Shown here one piece after another: positions 8,968 to 16,332 of a stretch of 21,524 nucleotides of DNA. How positions within the stretch are numbered: the stretch's first letter is position 1; the number at the start of each line of letters is the position of its first letter. Source of the stretch: a virus (Duplodnaviria; Heunggongvirae; Uroviricota; Caudoviricetes); the IMG/VR virus record IMGVR_UViG_2663762839_000009, positions 1-21,524 of that record; one strand, 5' to 3'. The translations under genes and the position numbers were made by a program. The notes beneath the pieces were generated by a model. It worked only from the letters and a program-made list of their open reading frames with translations. It did no database searches and had not been told where the DNA came from.

Positions 8968-9549
8968 CTACGCCTTACCAAGCAGCATCTGCCTGATACG
9001 GAATTCTATCTGCTCGCTCATGCCATCCACGCCGCGCAACTCGTCGGTGACGGCGTTCGCCATCTCTTCAGCAAATGCGGCCCGGATTTCTTTTTCACGC
9101 TTAATGCTGCGCTCGGCGGCACTTTCCGCACGCTGTGCCGACAGGAGGATGTCCTTAATAAGGCGCATATCCACATCGCTGTCGCTGTTCAGGGATTCGG
9201 TGGCAGCACGCAGACGGCGGTACATCAGGGCGCGGGACATTTCCAGAATCAGTGCCGTGGTTTCACCGGTCGGCTTGTCCCCCAGTTCGGCCATCATGGC
9301 TTTTGTCTGCTCGCGTAAATCACGCAGGTTACGGGCAATCAGCTCATTACGGGAGGCCTCCCGGCTGATGGCCGCCGGTGAAAGCTGCTGCTCTTCCGGC
9401 AGACCCGCCTCACGGATCAGGCGGTTGATTTCCTCGCGGATCTGGACCTGCGTCAGGCGTTTTTCACGCAGCATTTCCAGCAGCGGCTTACGGATGCTGT
9501 CGGGGAGCAAATCCACCTTGCGTACACGGCCACGCGTTGGCTTATCCAT
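8968..9549 (-). CDS. Mu gp27-like protein (putative small terminase/packaging subunit)
   Basis: 193-aa ORF, basic N-terminus (MDKPTRGRVRKVDLLPDSIRKPLLEMLREKRL...) with a helical, charged body; position immediately upstream of the large terminase. Confidence 0.7.
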   Translation of the reverse strand: MDKPTRGRVRKVDLLPDSIRKPLLEMLREKRLTQVQIREEINRLIREAGLPEEQQLSPAAISREASRNELIARNLRDLREQTKAMMAELGDKPTGETTALILEMSRALMYRRLRAATESLNSDSDVDMRLIKDILLSAQRAESAAERSIKREKEIRAAFAEEMANAVTDELRGVDGMSEQIEFRIRQMLLGKA

Positions 9550-9551
9550 CG

Positions 9552-9842
9552 TTACCCCCTTGCGCGTGGTTTCTTCACACCCGGAACAGTGGCACGACCT
9601 TCCGCCACATCCTGACCCCGGCCGGTCAGTTCAGCGATGAAATAACCGTTAACAAGCGTGCGCTTACGCACCAGTCCCTGCTCGGCAAGCCAGGCAATGT
9701 GGGTGTGAACGGTGTCGCGGGACACACGGTGGCCGTAATCATCCAGGCAGTCCTGAAGCACGGATTCGCCCAGTTCGCCGTTGTAATCCGCCAGCGACCG
9801 CAGAATGACAAGACGCTGATCTTCAGTAATGAAATCACTCAT
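9552..9842 (-). CDS. Mu gp26-like small protein (winged-helix-like)
   Basis: 96-aa ORF tightly coupled between the membrane protein and the gp27-like gene. Confidence 0.55.
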   Translation of the reverse strand: MSDFITEDQRLVILRSLADYNGELGESVLQDCLDDYGHRVSRDTVHTHIAWLAEQGLVRKRTLVNGYFIAELTGRGQDVAEGRATVPGVKKPRARG

Positions 9843-10147
9843 TGTGTTTTTTTCCTTACAGCCTGCTCCAGCAGCAGTTCGTTCTGGTGGGAGACGGATT
9901 TCAGGGTGGCATTGGTGGCCTTAAGCTCACCGCGCAGGGTGGTGATTTCGATATTGAGTCTGTTCACCTCCTGCTGCGTGGGCAGGCCGGAAATCCGGCT
10001 CTCCACCCGCTCAACCCGGTCGGAGAGTTTTTCAAAGGCCTCGCGGGGGACAAAGGTTTTGCGCATCAGCGCCATAAAGATCCCCCCGGCCGTGGCCGTG
10101 GCCGACAGGATCGGCACGACATAATCTTTAACGATACTGACCCACAT
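9839..10147 (-). CDS. Small membrane/coiled-coil protein (Mu gp25-like; possible lysis accessory)
   Basis: N-terminal hydrophobic segment (VVPILSATATAGGIFMALM) followed by a heptad-like charged region; located in the lysis/packaging junction. Confidence 0.55.
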   Translation of the reverse strand: MWVSIVKDYVVPILSATATAGGIFMALMRKTFVPREAFEKLSDRVERVESRISGLPTQQEVNRLNIEITTLRGELKATNATLKSVSHQNELLLEQAVRKKTQ

Positions 10148-10355
10148 GACCGGCCTCCATGATGTTCTGGCAGTTCACACAACGGATGGCATCCGGCACG
10201 GCAACCAGACGGGCGGCCGGAATGTCACCCCCGCAGTCCGCGCATGCACGCCTGCCCGGTGTCTCCGCCACCCGGCGCTTACGTGTCAGCCGGTCACAAA
10301 GGGCGCGTTCTGTTGCCCGCTCCACGACTGCCTGAGCACAATCTGAATCATCCAT
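10128..10355 (-). CDS. TraR/DksA-family C4 zinc-finger protein
   Basis: CADCGGDIP...(17 aa)...CVNCQ four-cysteine motif. Start taken at the internal ATG at 10355, which has an AAGGA Shine-Dalgarno; the ORF track starts at 10421. Confidence 0.65.
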   Translation of the reverse strand: MDDSDCAQAVVERATERALCDRLTRKRRVAETPGRRACADCGGDIPAARLVAVPDAIRCVNCQNIMEAGHVGQYR

Positions 10356-10365
10356 ACCTTTTTCC

Positions 10366-10737
10366 TTACTTCGTCTTTCCTGCCGGAACAGCAGTCGTTC
10401 CGGCCATATCAGTAAATTCATGCTGTCGCTGTGCCTCCAGACGGCGGATGCTGGCCTTGTCCACGTTGCAGTTTTTAATCACCGCCAGCAGTTGCAGGTT
10501 GTAAGTGACCGATGCGCCAAATGTGAACGGCTGCGGCACAGGAGGGACCAGACAGTCAGCCAGCCATTCAGCGGGGATCGGCACCGGCTTCACCGGCACG
10601 TATTTCACAGACGGCCCGCCGCACCCGGTCAGCCACATCATCAGGCACAGGAACAGAGGCCGCAGGCACCGTTGCCAGCGACCGGCGGACAATGCTCTGC
10701 TGTTCCTCGCTGTGCTGCATGTTCTGCTGTTTTTCAT
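10366..10737 (-). CDS. Outer-membrane spanin candidate (Rz1-like lipoprotein), overlapping the i-spanin in another frame
   Basis: Lipobox LTGC (..LFLCLMMWLTGCGGPS..) followed by a proline-rich segment (PVKPVPIPAEW...PPVPQP). Start codon uncertain; the ORF track frame is 10366..10848. Confidence 0.45.
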   Translation of the reverse strand: MKNSRTCSTARNSRALSAGRWQRCLRPLFLCLMMWLTGCGGPSVKYVPVKPVPIPAEWLADCLVPPVPQPFTFGASVTYNLQLLAVIKNCNVDKASIRRLEAQRQHEFTDMAGTTAVPAGKTK

Positions 10738-11068
10738 TCGTGGCCGCCTTGCTGATTTGTGAAATGAGTTGCAGGGTGCGTTGCTGGTTTGCCAGCACCA
10801 GACGGGCTTCGTCCCGTTCACGCACAAGCACATGATTATTGTCCTCAAGGCGCTGCGTCTTCTGGTGCATTCCCCATACCACGGCAGCCAGCACGCTCAT
10901 CACCCCCAGCGCCGCCATACAGCCTCCGGCAATCAGGGCCGGTAAGGGATTGTTCACCGCAGCCACAGCACACCCCGCAGCAGCACAACGGCACACAGCA
11001 GCGCAATCATGAGCGGTCGCCAGAAGCGGTTCAGACTTTCGGCAAATCGTAACGACATAACCATTCAT
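10568..11068 (-). CDS. Inner-membrane spanin candidate (Rz-like)
   Basis: Hydrophobic segment (MAALGVMSVLAAVVWGM) followed by a charged coiled-coil-like region (HQKTQRLEDNNHVLVRERDEARLVLANQQRTLQ...); immediately downstream of the lysozyme gene. Start uncertain (ATG at 11068 or 10918). Confidence 0.55.
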   Translation of the reverse strand: MNGYVVTICRKSEPLLATAHDCAAVCRCAAAGCAVAAVNNPLPALIAGGCMAALGVMSVLAAVVWGMHQKTQRLEDNNHVLVRERDEARLVLANQQRTLQLISQISKAATNEKQQNMQHSEEQQSIVRRSLATVPAASVPVPDDVADRVRRAVCEIRAGEAGADPR

Positions 11069-11531
11069 CCGCCGAACGGCGGGCCTCAAGACCGGGGAGT
11101 TTTACCCCCTTTGAATAAATCCAGCGGATATACTGCTTACAGGACGCGGGCATCTGCCCGGCATTGATAAGGCACAGGAGCGTGGAGTTGCGAAAGTTCG
11201 TTTCACCGGCCCAGAAAATCCAGGAGGCCAGCGCCACCGTCTGACCACGGGTAAGCGGCACCTGAACATGACGATCGATAGCCGCAAAGGCCCATTTCAT
11301 GTCCTTTTCCAGCAGCTCCAGACACTCTTCATCAGTTTTTGTCATCCCCGGTTTCACATCCGGGCCGGTATGGCCGTAACAGATGGTGGGGGTGCCGGTG
11401 GGATCAATGTACGTGGTGTTTTCTTTCCCTTCCCAGTAGCCGGTGTAGTGCGTGGCAATGGTGAACGTCCCGGCTCCGGCCAGAACAAGGGCAATCAGCT
11501 TTTTACGCAGGGGTGCGGGGAGTTTTGGCAT
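11031..11531 (-). CDS. Phage lysozyme (T4-lysozyme/GH24-type) with N-terminal signal-anchor-release (SAR)-like segment
   Basis: YWEGKENTTYIDPTGTPTICYGHTG catalytic-region motif. N-terminal Gly/Ala-rich weakly hydrophobic stretch (LIALVLAGAGTFTIATHY) typical of SAR endolysins. Confidence 0.85.
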   Translation of the reverse strand: MPKLPAPLRKKLIALVLAGAGTFTIATHYTGYWEGKENTTYIDPTGTPTICYGHTGPDVKPGMTKTDEECLELLEKDMKWAFAAIDRHVQVPLTRGQTVALASWIFWAGETNFRNSTLLCLINAGQMPASCKQYIRWIYSKGVKLPGLEARRSADEWLCRYDLPKV

Positions 11532-11532
11532 T

Positions 11533-11570
11533 GTTACGCTGTCTCATGGTGTTCTCTGAGTCAGCGTAAC
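11533..11570 (-). promoter_or_regulatory. 9-bp perfect inverted repeat immediately upstream of the lysozyme start
   Basis: GTTACGCTG (11533-11541) and CAGCGTAAC (11562-11570) separated by 20 bp, in the 71-bp gap between the Mor/C-family gene and the lysozyme gene. Confidence 0.4.
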
Positions 11571-11602
11571 CGTGGGAAAAAGTGGGCAGGATTTGCGGAA
11601 TA

Positions 11603-12025
11603 TCAGAAAAGCCGTGGCTGCGTGCGTTCCTGATGCAGGCGACGCTGGTTGCGGATAACGGAGTAAATCTGCGTCTCTGACATCTGGTAGTGGCGGCGCA
11701 GGGTTTCAATTTTTTCGCCCTGGCTCCAGCGGGAAAAAATTTCATTATTGCGCAGTTCGGTGAAAAGGGATTCACCGACCGGGAGATAATAACCACGCCC
11801 GCCCATGTACCCGGCCTGTGCGGCTGCAACCTTACGGGCAAGCATTCCCGCCTGAGCAGGTTCAATCCCCTGACGGTGCAGTTCAGCACTGATCACATCA
11901 ACCAGGTCCCGCAGCGTGCCGGGCCAGTTCTTTTTCAGCTCATCATCAGGAATATCATCCAGACGGTCAATCAGCGCGTGCAGCTGTTCGCTGTCACCAA
12001 ACATGCTCATCTGTGTTTCAGCCAT
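11603..12025 (-). CDS. Mor/C-family transcriptional activator
   Basis: 140-aa ORF with a C-terminal HTH-like region (...ETLRRHYQMSETQIYSVIRNQRR...) in the Mu position between gemA and the lysis gene; preceded by a terminator-like hairpin. Confidence 0.75.
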   Translation of the reverse strand: MAETQMSMFGDSEQLHALIDRLDDIPDDELKKNWPGTLRDLVDVISAELHRQGIEPAQAGMLARKVAAAQAGYMGGRGYYLPVGESLFTELRNNEIFSRWSQGEKIETLRRHYQMSETQIYSVIRNQRRLHQERTQPRLF

Positions 12026-12065
12026 ACCCGCCTCCGGTCATCATTACACAGGGCAAGTTTAAAAT

Positions 12066-12090
12066 AAAAATCCCGCGCTGTGGCGGGGTT
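12066..12090 (-). terminator. Candidate intrinsic terminator at the end of the early operon
   Basis: On the minus strand: CCCGC-cacagc-GCGGG stem followed by ATTTTTATTTT, directly after the gemA stop. Confidence 0.45.
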
Positions 12091-12095
12091 TGGGG

Positions 12096-12608
12096 TTAAA
12101 AGGGGGAGGATTCTTCATACAGCCTGCAAACGCGCTCATAACTCATCACTGTACGCGCTGGCATCCCCAGCACATCCAGCATCTTGCGGCGGTGCCAGCG
12201 TTTGAGACGCTCCAGCACATCAGAGGCCAGCGCGGGGTGTTGTTCCAGCCACTGCCAGTTAGCCACACCTTCGCCGCCGTTCTGAGCGGCCGTCTGCGAT
12301 TTCACCCAGCGGTTAAGGGCTGTTTCCCCGCCATCAGAGATAAAGCCCTGCCGGTGCATCACCTTCCAGATGGCGCGAATTTTGGCGGTCACCGTACCCG
12401 GTTTTAAGGCCCGGTTAACCGGCTTCTGACGCACTTTAAAACCGCGTTTTTTGAAAACATCCAGCACGCGGGATAACTCATCCGGTGACATATCCCGGCA
12501 ACTGGGTTTGCCGGTGGCTGCCAGTAGTACGGATGTGTAGGTCTCATGGTCAAGCTGTAGATCGCGTTTTGCGACATGTATTAAGGTAATCAGGGAAGCG
12601 CGATTCAT
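12096..12608 (-). CDS. gemA: GemA-like protein (Mu gp16 family)
   Basis: 170-aa ORF (MNRASLITLIHVAKRDLQLDHETYTSVLLAATGKPSCRDMSPDELSRVLDVFKKRGF...) at the end of the early operon, immediately before the Mor/C-family activator. Confidence 0.75.
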   Translation of the reverse strand: MNRASLITLIHVAKRDLQLDHETYTSVLLAATGKPSCRDMSPDELSRVLDVFKKRGFKVRQKPVNRALKPGTVTAKIRAIWKVMHRQGFISDGGETALNRWVKSQTAAQNGGEGVANWQWLEQHPALASDVLERLKRWHRRKMLDVLGMPARTVMSYERVCRLYEESSPF

Positions 12609-12672
12609 TATCGTGTCTCCGTAACAACAGGCGGCATGGCAACGCCGCCCGGATAAAACTAAAGGTATCGAT

Positions 12673-13083
12673 ATGAAAATAGATTACGATGAAGTATTAA
12701 GTATTCTCACAACTTTTCAGGATGCTGAAACACCTTTCCTTACACTACAGGATCTGGGCATGGCTGAGGCAGAAGGAGAGGAAAAGGATAAAAAAGTTTT
12801 TCATCTTATGCTTCTCGCTGATAATGGCTCAATTGTTAATGGTGATATGCAGTCAGAAACACCCAAATATATTGGTTTCTTTTTCCATTCTCTGGGCGTT
12901 GGTTTCAGAAACACGCCCATTATGCTTACCCAGCAGGGGCATGATTTAGCTAACGCCCTGAGAAAAAAACCAATCCTTGAAAGAATCAAAAAGGAGTTTA
13001 CAGACGCACCATTTGATCTAATTAAAGAAGTTACCAAATCAATGTTAACCAGGTTCGTCAAAGAACGTATTGGGATTGACTGA
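12673..13083 (+). CDS. Hypothetical protein, opposite-strand AT-rich accessory gene
   Basis: 136-aa ORF on the plus strand inside an otherwise minus-strand operon; AAAGG Shine-Dalgarno 7 nt upstream; visibly AT-rich codon usage; own hairpin plus T-run downstream; 3' end overlaps the convergent gene 13045..13353 by about 39 nt. Confidence 0.6.
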   Translation: MKIDYDEVLSILTTFQDAETPFLTLQDLGMAEAEGEEKDKKVFHLMLLADNGSIVNGDMQSETPKYIGFFFHSLGVGFRNTPIMLTQQGHDLANALRKKPILERIKKEFTDAPFDLIKEVTKSMLTRFVKERIGID

Positions 13084-13353
13084 ACAACTTAATTCAGCCA
13101 GTAATCGCAGGGCGGCGACAGCCGCCTGCTTGTCACTTCTTTTAGCTATTTCCGCAAGAGTATGCACAATCCATAACGGACTTAACGCCACGGCTGAATC
13201 CAGAATCATGTCATCCATAATAATTTCTGGCATATCCCGCTTGTCACATTCTTTATCCATAAAAGAAACGAATTTCTCTGCATCTTCCGGTTTCATGCCT
13301 CCGGCGATAAGGATTTTGCGATATTCATAAGACGATCTTAATTCAATACTCAT
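13045..13353 (-). CDS. Hypothetical protein (102 aa)
   Basis: ATG at 13353 preceded by AGGTGA; AT-rich; acidic protein. Confidence 0.5.
   Translation of the reverse strand: MSIELRSSYEYRKILIAGGMKPEDAEKFVSFMDKECDKRDMPEIIMDDMILDSAVALSPLWIVHTLAEIAKRSDKQAAVAALRLLAELSCSVNPNTFFDEPG
13107..13145 (+). terminator. Candidate intrinsic terminator for the plus-strand accessory gene
   Basis: GCAGGGCGGCG-aca-GCCGCCTGC stem followed by TTGTCACTTCTTTT, about 25 nt after the stop at 13083; lies inside the coding sequence of the convergent minus-strand gene. Confidence 0.45.
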
Positions 13354-13368
13354 TATTCACCTGCCTGC

Positions 13369-13761
13369 TTAATCTGTTTCCAGTGCTTTGCTACGGGCTA
13401 TAGCCTCACATTCAAAAAACACCGACTCCGGCACGCGCTCTTTTAATTCACGAACAAGGAAATCATTAACGCGTTCATGACGTCTTATATTTCTTTCCTT
13501 TTCCTCCTGGCGCAATACAGCAAGGCGGTATTCAACAGCCCGGCGTTGTTTCTGAAAGACAGCCAGTGCTTTTCTGGCAGCATTACGCCATGCATCATCG
13601 CCACATGGTGCGTATTCAAGCTGAAATTTAATCTCTTCAATAGTTTCTTTGATTTTTGCCAGCAAGCTAAGACAGTCGCTTATTGTCTCCAGCTTTTCAT
13701 TATCAATATAACTTCTCACGCATTCACCTCCCGTAATTCCGGTAAAGCCGAAATATGACAC
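13369..13761 (-). CDS. Hypothetical coiled-coil protein
   Basis: ORF 13369..13761; the true start may be the GTG at 13719, which overlaps the upstream stop as GTGA. Charged helical sequence (...RKALAVFQKQRRAVEYRLAVLRQEEKERNIRRHERV...). Confidence 0.5.
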   Translation of the reverse strand: MSYFGFTGITGGECVRSYIDNEKLETISDCLSLLAKIKETIEEIKFQLEYAPCGDDAWRNAARKALAVFQKQRRAVEYRLAVLRQEEKERNIRRHERVNDFLVRELKERVPESVFFECEAIARSKALETD

Positions 13762-14045
13762 CAGTGCGTCACCTGTCCGTCTTCATCTTCAAGGCAGGCT
13801 CCGGTTTCTTCATCAACAAAAAAGCCTTCATACCCCATATGGCCGATGCGCAGCTCCTGACGGTGACCATACTGAACAATCAGCACGGCAGCCTCCATAT
13901 CAGGTGGGAAAGCATCATTCAGTGAATGCCAGGGATAACCGCGTAAATCCCCGAAATAAACACCGGTCAGCGTTCCGCCACAGAGCGGCATTCCGGCGGC
14001 ACACACAAGAGGTTCATCTGATTCAACAAATAAGGTCGTTATCAT
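13716..14045 (-). CDS. Hypothetical protein (109 aa)
   Basis: ORF translationally coupled to its neighbours (overlaps 14042..14593 by 4 nt). Confidence 0.5.
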   Translation of the reverse strand: MITTLFVESDEPLVCAAGMPLCGGTLTGVYFGDLRGYPWHSLNDAFPPDMEAAVLIVQYGHRQELRIGHMGYEGFFVDEETGACLEDEDGQVTHWCHISALPELREVNA

Positions 14046-14593
14046 GGCGTTAACTCCCGTAATACAGCGTCCTCGGCAGTCCGGCGACGGTAATAAACTG
14101 CGTGAGCAGAATGTTCAGATATTCCAAACTTTTCGCCAATTTCCCGGAATGACAGACGGCGTGGGTAATCGGAATCACGCAGCGCACGTATAAGACGTAC
14201 ATCATCATCAGATATGTGCGTGCCGGGGCGTAACTCTCCGCACTTTGTTAATCCAGCACCAATCATTCCTGCCCGACATCTGACAGAATCTTTATTACGT
14301 CCGAGATATTCTCCCATTTGCTGGCAGGTCATTGTTCTGGCATTTTTTCGAATAAACTTATCTTCATCAGGTGTAAATCTTGGGTGTTTATATTTCAGTA
14401 ACTCCGGGTATGAACTGCGCAATACACCAGTCCGGTTATATACAGCCCAGACAGTTCTTTTTATTCTGGCAGCAATATCCTTAACCGGGGTGGATGAATA
14501 AAGCGCAATCAGCAGCGCATCTTCTTCAGGTGTCCACGGACGGACATGAGCGGGGGCGCGACCTTTTAGTCCCATGGGTTGTAATTTCATCAT
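14042..14593 (-). CDS. Putative DNA-binding protein with three internal Myb/SANT-like helix-turn-helix repeats
   Basis: Three repeats of the pattern hydrophobic-T/S-acidic-acidic-helix: WTPEEDALLIALYSSTPVKDIAARIKRTVWAVYNR / FTPDEDKFIRKNARTMTCQQMGEYLGRNKDSVRCR / ISDDDVRLIRALRDSDYPRRLSFREIGEKFGISEHSAHAVYYRR. Confidence 0.55.
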   Translation of the reverse strand: MMKLQPMGLKGRAPAHVRPWTPEEDALLIALYSSTPVKDIAARIKRTVWAVYNRTGVLRSSYPELLKYKHPRFTPDEDKFIRKNARTMTCQQMGEYLGRNKDSVRCRAGMIGAGLTKCGELRPGTHISDDDVRLIRALRDSDYPRRLSFREIGEKFGISEHSAHAVYYRRRTAEDAVLRELTP

Positions 14594-14596
14594 GCA

Positions 14597-15112
14597 TCAC
14601 CCCCTGACTCGCTTTTCAGCAGCATAAAACTCATCAGACAGTATTTCGGTCATTTTCTGTTTTGCGGGTTTTACGCCGCACTGAAGGTAAATCACATCGT
14701 CAACGCAGAACCACTTCACAGGGCCAAACAGGATTGCCGAGAAATCAATACCCAACCAGAACAACAGCGCATCGGTTCTGGCATACGTGACGGGCGAATA
14801 TTCACGCCACAGACTGTTCAGTTCATCAGAGGCAACACGCAGGGTTTTAGGGATACGTGATGTGCGCGGTGTGCAGCTCCAGCCATTCGACGCAGTCGGT
14901 TTTCGCCATAAGTCGCGATGAAAAGGATATTTGTCCTCCGTAAAACGCAGTCCCTTAAAGTAAAATCCACTGATACCGGATACAAATACCGACCGGCACG
15001 CAACATTCAGCACGGCCTCAAGGCGTTTTGCCTCATCCTTAACTTTCTGGCAGTCCTGCTGGTATTTTTGCCACGCAGCCAGCGCGGAAGGGTTTGATGT
15101 TTTAAAGAACAT
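14597..15112 (-). CDS. Hypothetical protein (171 aa)
   Basis: ORF whose ATG overlaps the stop of the upstream gene (TAATG at 15112); no recognisable motif. Confidence 0.5.
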   Translation of the reverse strand: MFFKTSNPSALAAWQKYQQDCQKVKDEAKRLEAVLNVACRSVFVSGISGFYFKGLRFTEDKYPFHRDLWRKPTASNGWSCTPRTSRIPKTLRVASDELNSLWREYSPVTYARTDALLFWLGIDFSAILFGPVKWFCVDDVIYLQCGVKPAKQKMTEILSDEFYAAEKRVRG

Positions 15113-15645
15113 TACGCCACCTCCGCAGATATCCCGGCAGGCGCTGCTGTCCGGTCAACAATCAGGTAGCGCAGAACATGTTCAGTGATATTCCAGCCGC
15201 TTAAACCGCAGATAATGACGCCCAGGCGTATGTCGATATACGCCATCACAAACTGGGGCACGCCTTCTTTCATGGCCTGCTCATCAACTTCTGCCACCAC
15301 ATAAACGGTTTCACAGGTCAGAACGCCCTGAGCAAATTCCCACGCCATCGACGGAATATCATGCCCCTCAATCCATGGCAGGGATTTTCTGAAGCCGCAC
15401 CACTGAACATCATCAGCCGCAGATTCCTGGCTGCATTTGCGACGAACCGGCTGCACCGGGCGGGGGCGCGGAATATCATAAAAACCGTTACATTCCGTCA
15501 GCACGCCTGCATCAACCGCATCACGCAGAAAATAAACCATGGAGGATGGCGGCATATTCATTTTTTCAGCCAGTACACCGCAGGTCAGGCGGCCATAAAT
15601 ACACAGCCAGTTTTTAACCCCTTCAAGCACTTTTGCATCAATCAT
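15112..15645 (-). CDS. Hypothetical protein with N-terminal winged-helix-like region
   Basis: 177-aa ORF, first gene after the AT-rich spacer downstream of gam; N-terminus GRLTCGVLAEKMNMPPSSMVYFLRDAVDAGVL resembles a wHTH. Confidence 0.5.
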   Translation of the reverse strand: MIDAKVLEGVKNWLCIYGRLTCGVLAEKMNMPPSSMVYFLRDAVDAGVLTECNGFYDIPRPRPVQPVRRKCSQESAADDVQWCGFRKSLPWIEGHDIPSMAWEFAQGVLTCETVYVVAEVDEQAMKEGVPQFVMAYIDIRLGVIICGLSGWNITEHVLRYLIVDRTAAPAGISAEVA

Positions 15646-15790
15646 GATTTATTTCCCCACCACATTATTAATGACGATATAAACGTATTTCATATTTCTT
15701 AACCCTTATTTTCTGTTTTCAGGCGCAAGCAGTCCCCTGACGCGAGCGCCATAATTAAAATGAAGTGATATTTAATTGATTAATGTGGTG

Positions 15791-16321
15791 TTATTTATTC
15801 AGTCCGGCGTCCTGTTCAAAAGGCTCGACATAAAAACTTTCAGCGCCTTTATTCACCTTGATACCGGCAATGCCTTTCACAGCATCCGGCTCCGCCAGGA
15901 CGGCTTCCTTGTTCACTTCCTCTTTCGTGCGGATGAAACGCTCAAGCCCCATACGGCGCAGCATTTCAATCACACCTTCCACATCACGGCTGACGCTGCA
16001 TGATGGCGTTCCCAGCCGCCATGACACCGTTCCGGTGGTCAGATTGGCTGTTTTGGTTTTGCCGCCGTTCGTCAGCTCATCACGGTTGGTTTTGCACCAG
16101 TCCTGAATCCCTTTAAAAAGCACTTTGATTTGCTTTTTAAGATTTTCAATCTGCGGCGTATAACGGGCGGTGATTTCTGCCACTTCGTCATTCATCGCCG
16201 TTTCCAGGCGCAGCGCCTCTCGCTGAATATCTCCCAGGGTGCGGATATCACGGCTGACTTCTTCCCGGGTCTGCGGTGCCGCCTCGGCTGCGGCCTTTAA
16301 TTTTGTAACGCGTTTAGCCAT
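15791..16321 (-). CDS. gam: Gam-like host-nuclease inhibitor (Mu Gam/Ku-like DNA end-binding protein)
   Basis: 176-aa ORF; ...EVSRDIRTLGDIQREALRLETAMNDEVAEITARY...WCKTNRDELTNGGKTKTANLTTGTVSWR...FIRTKEEVNKEAVLAEP... is recognised as Mu Gam. Confidence 0.8.
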   Translation of the reverse strand: MAKRVTKLKAAAEAAPQTREEVSRDIRTLGDIQREALRLETAMNDEVAEITARYTPQIENLKKQIKVLFKGIQDWCKTNRDELTNGGKTKTANLTTGTVSWRLGTPSCSVSRDVEGVIEMLRRMGLERFIRTKEEVNKEAVLAEPDAVKGIAGIKVNKGAESFYVEPFEQDAGLNK

Positions 16322-16332
16322 TTTGTTTTTCC

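Noticed and set aside
8909-9640. 243-aa plus-strand ORF antisense to the gp27-like gene
   Set aside because: Serine/arginine-rich low-complexity translation opposite a real gene; a reading-frame artefact.
12026-12095. Strong intrinsic terminator call between gemA and the Mor/C-family gene
   Set aside because: Not rejected outright but downgraded: the stem is only about 5 bp although the T-run is good. It is kept as a low-confidence feature.
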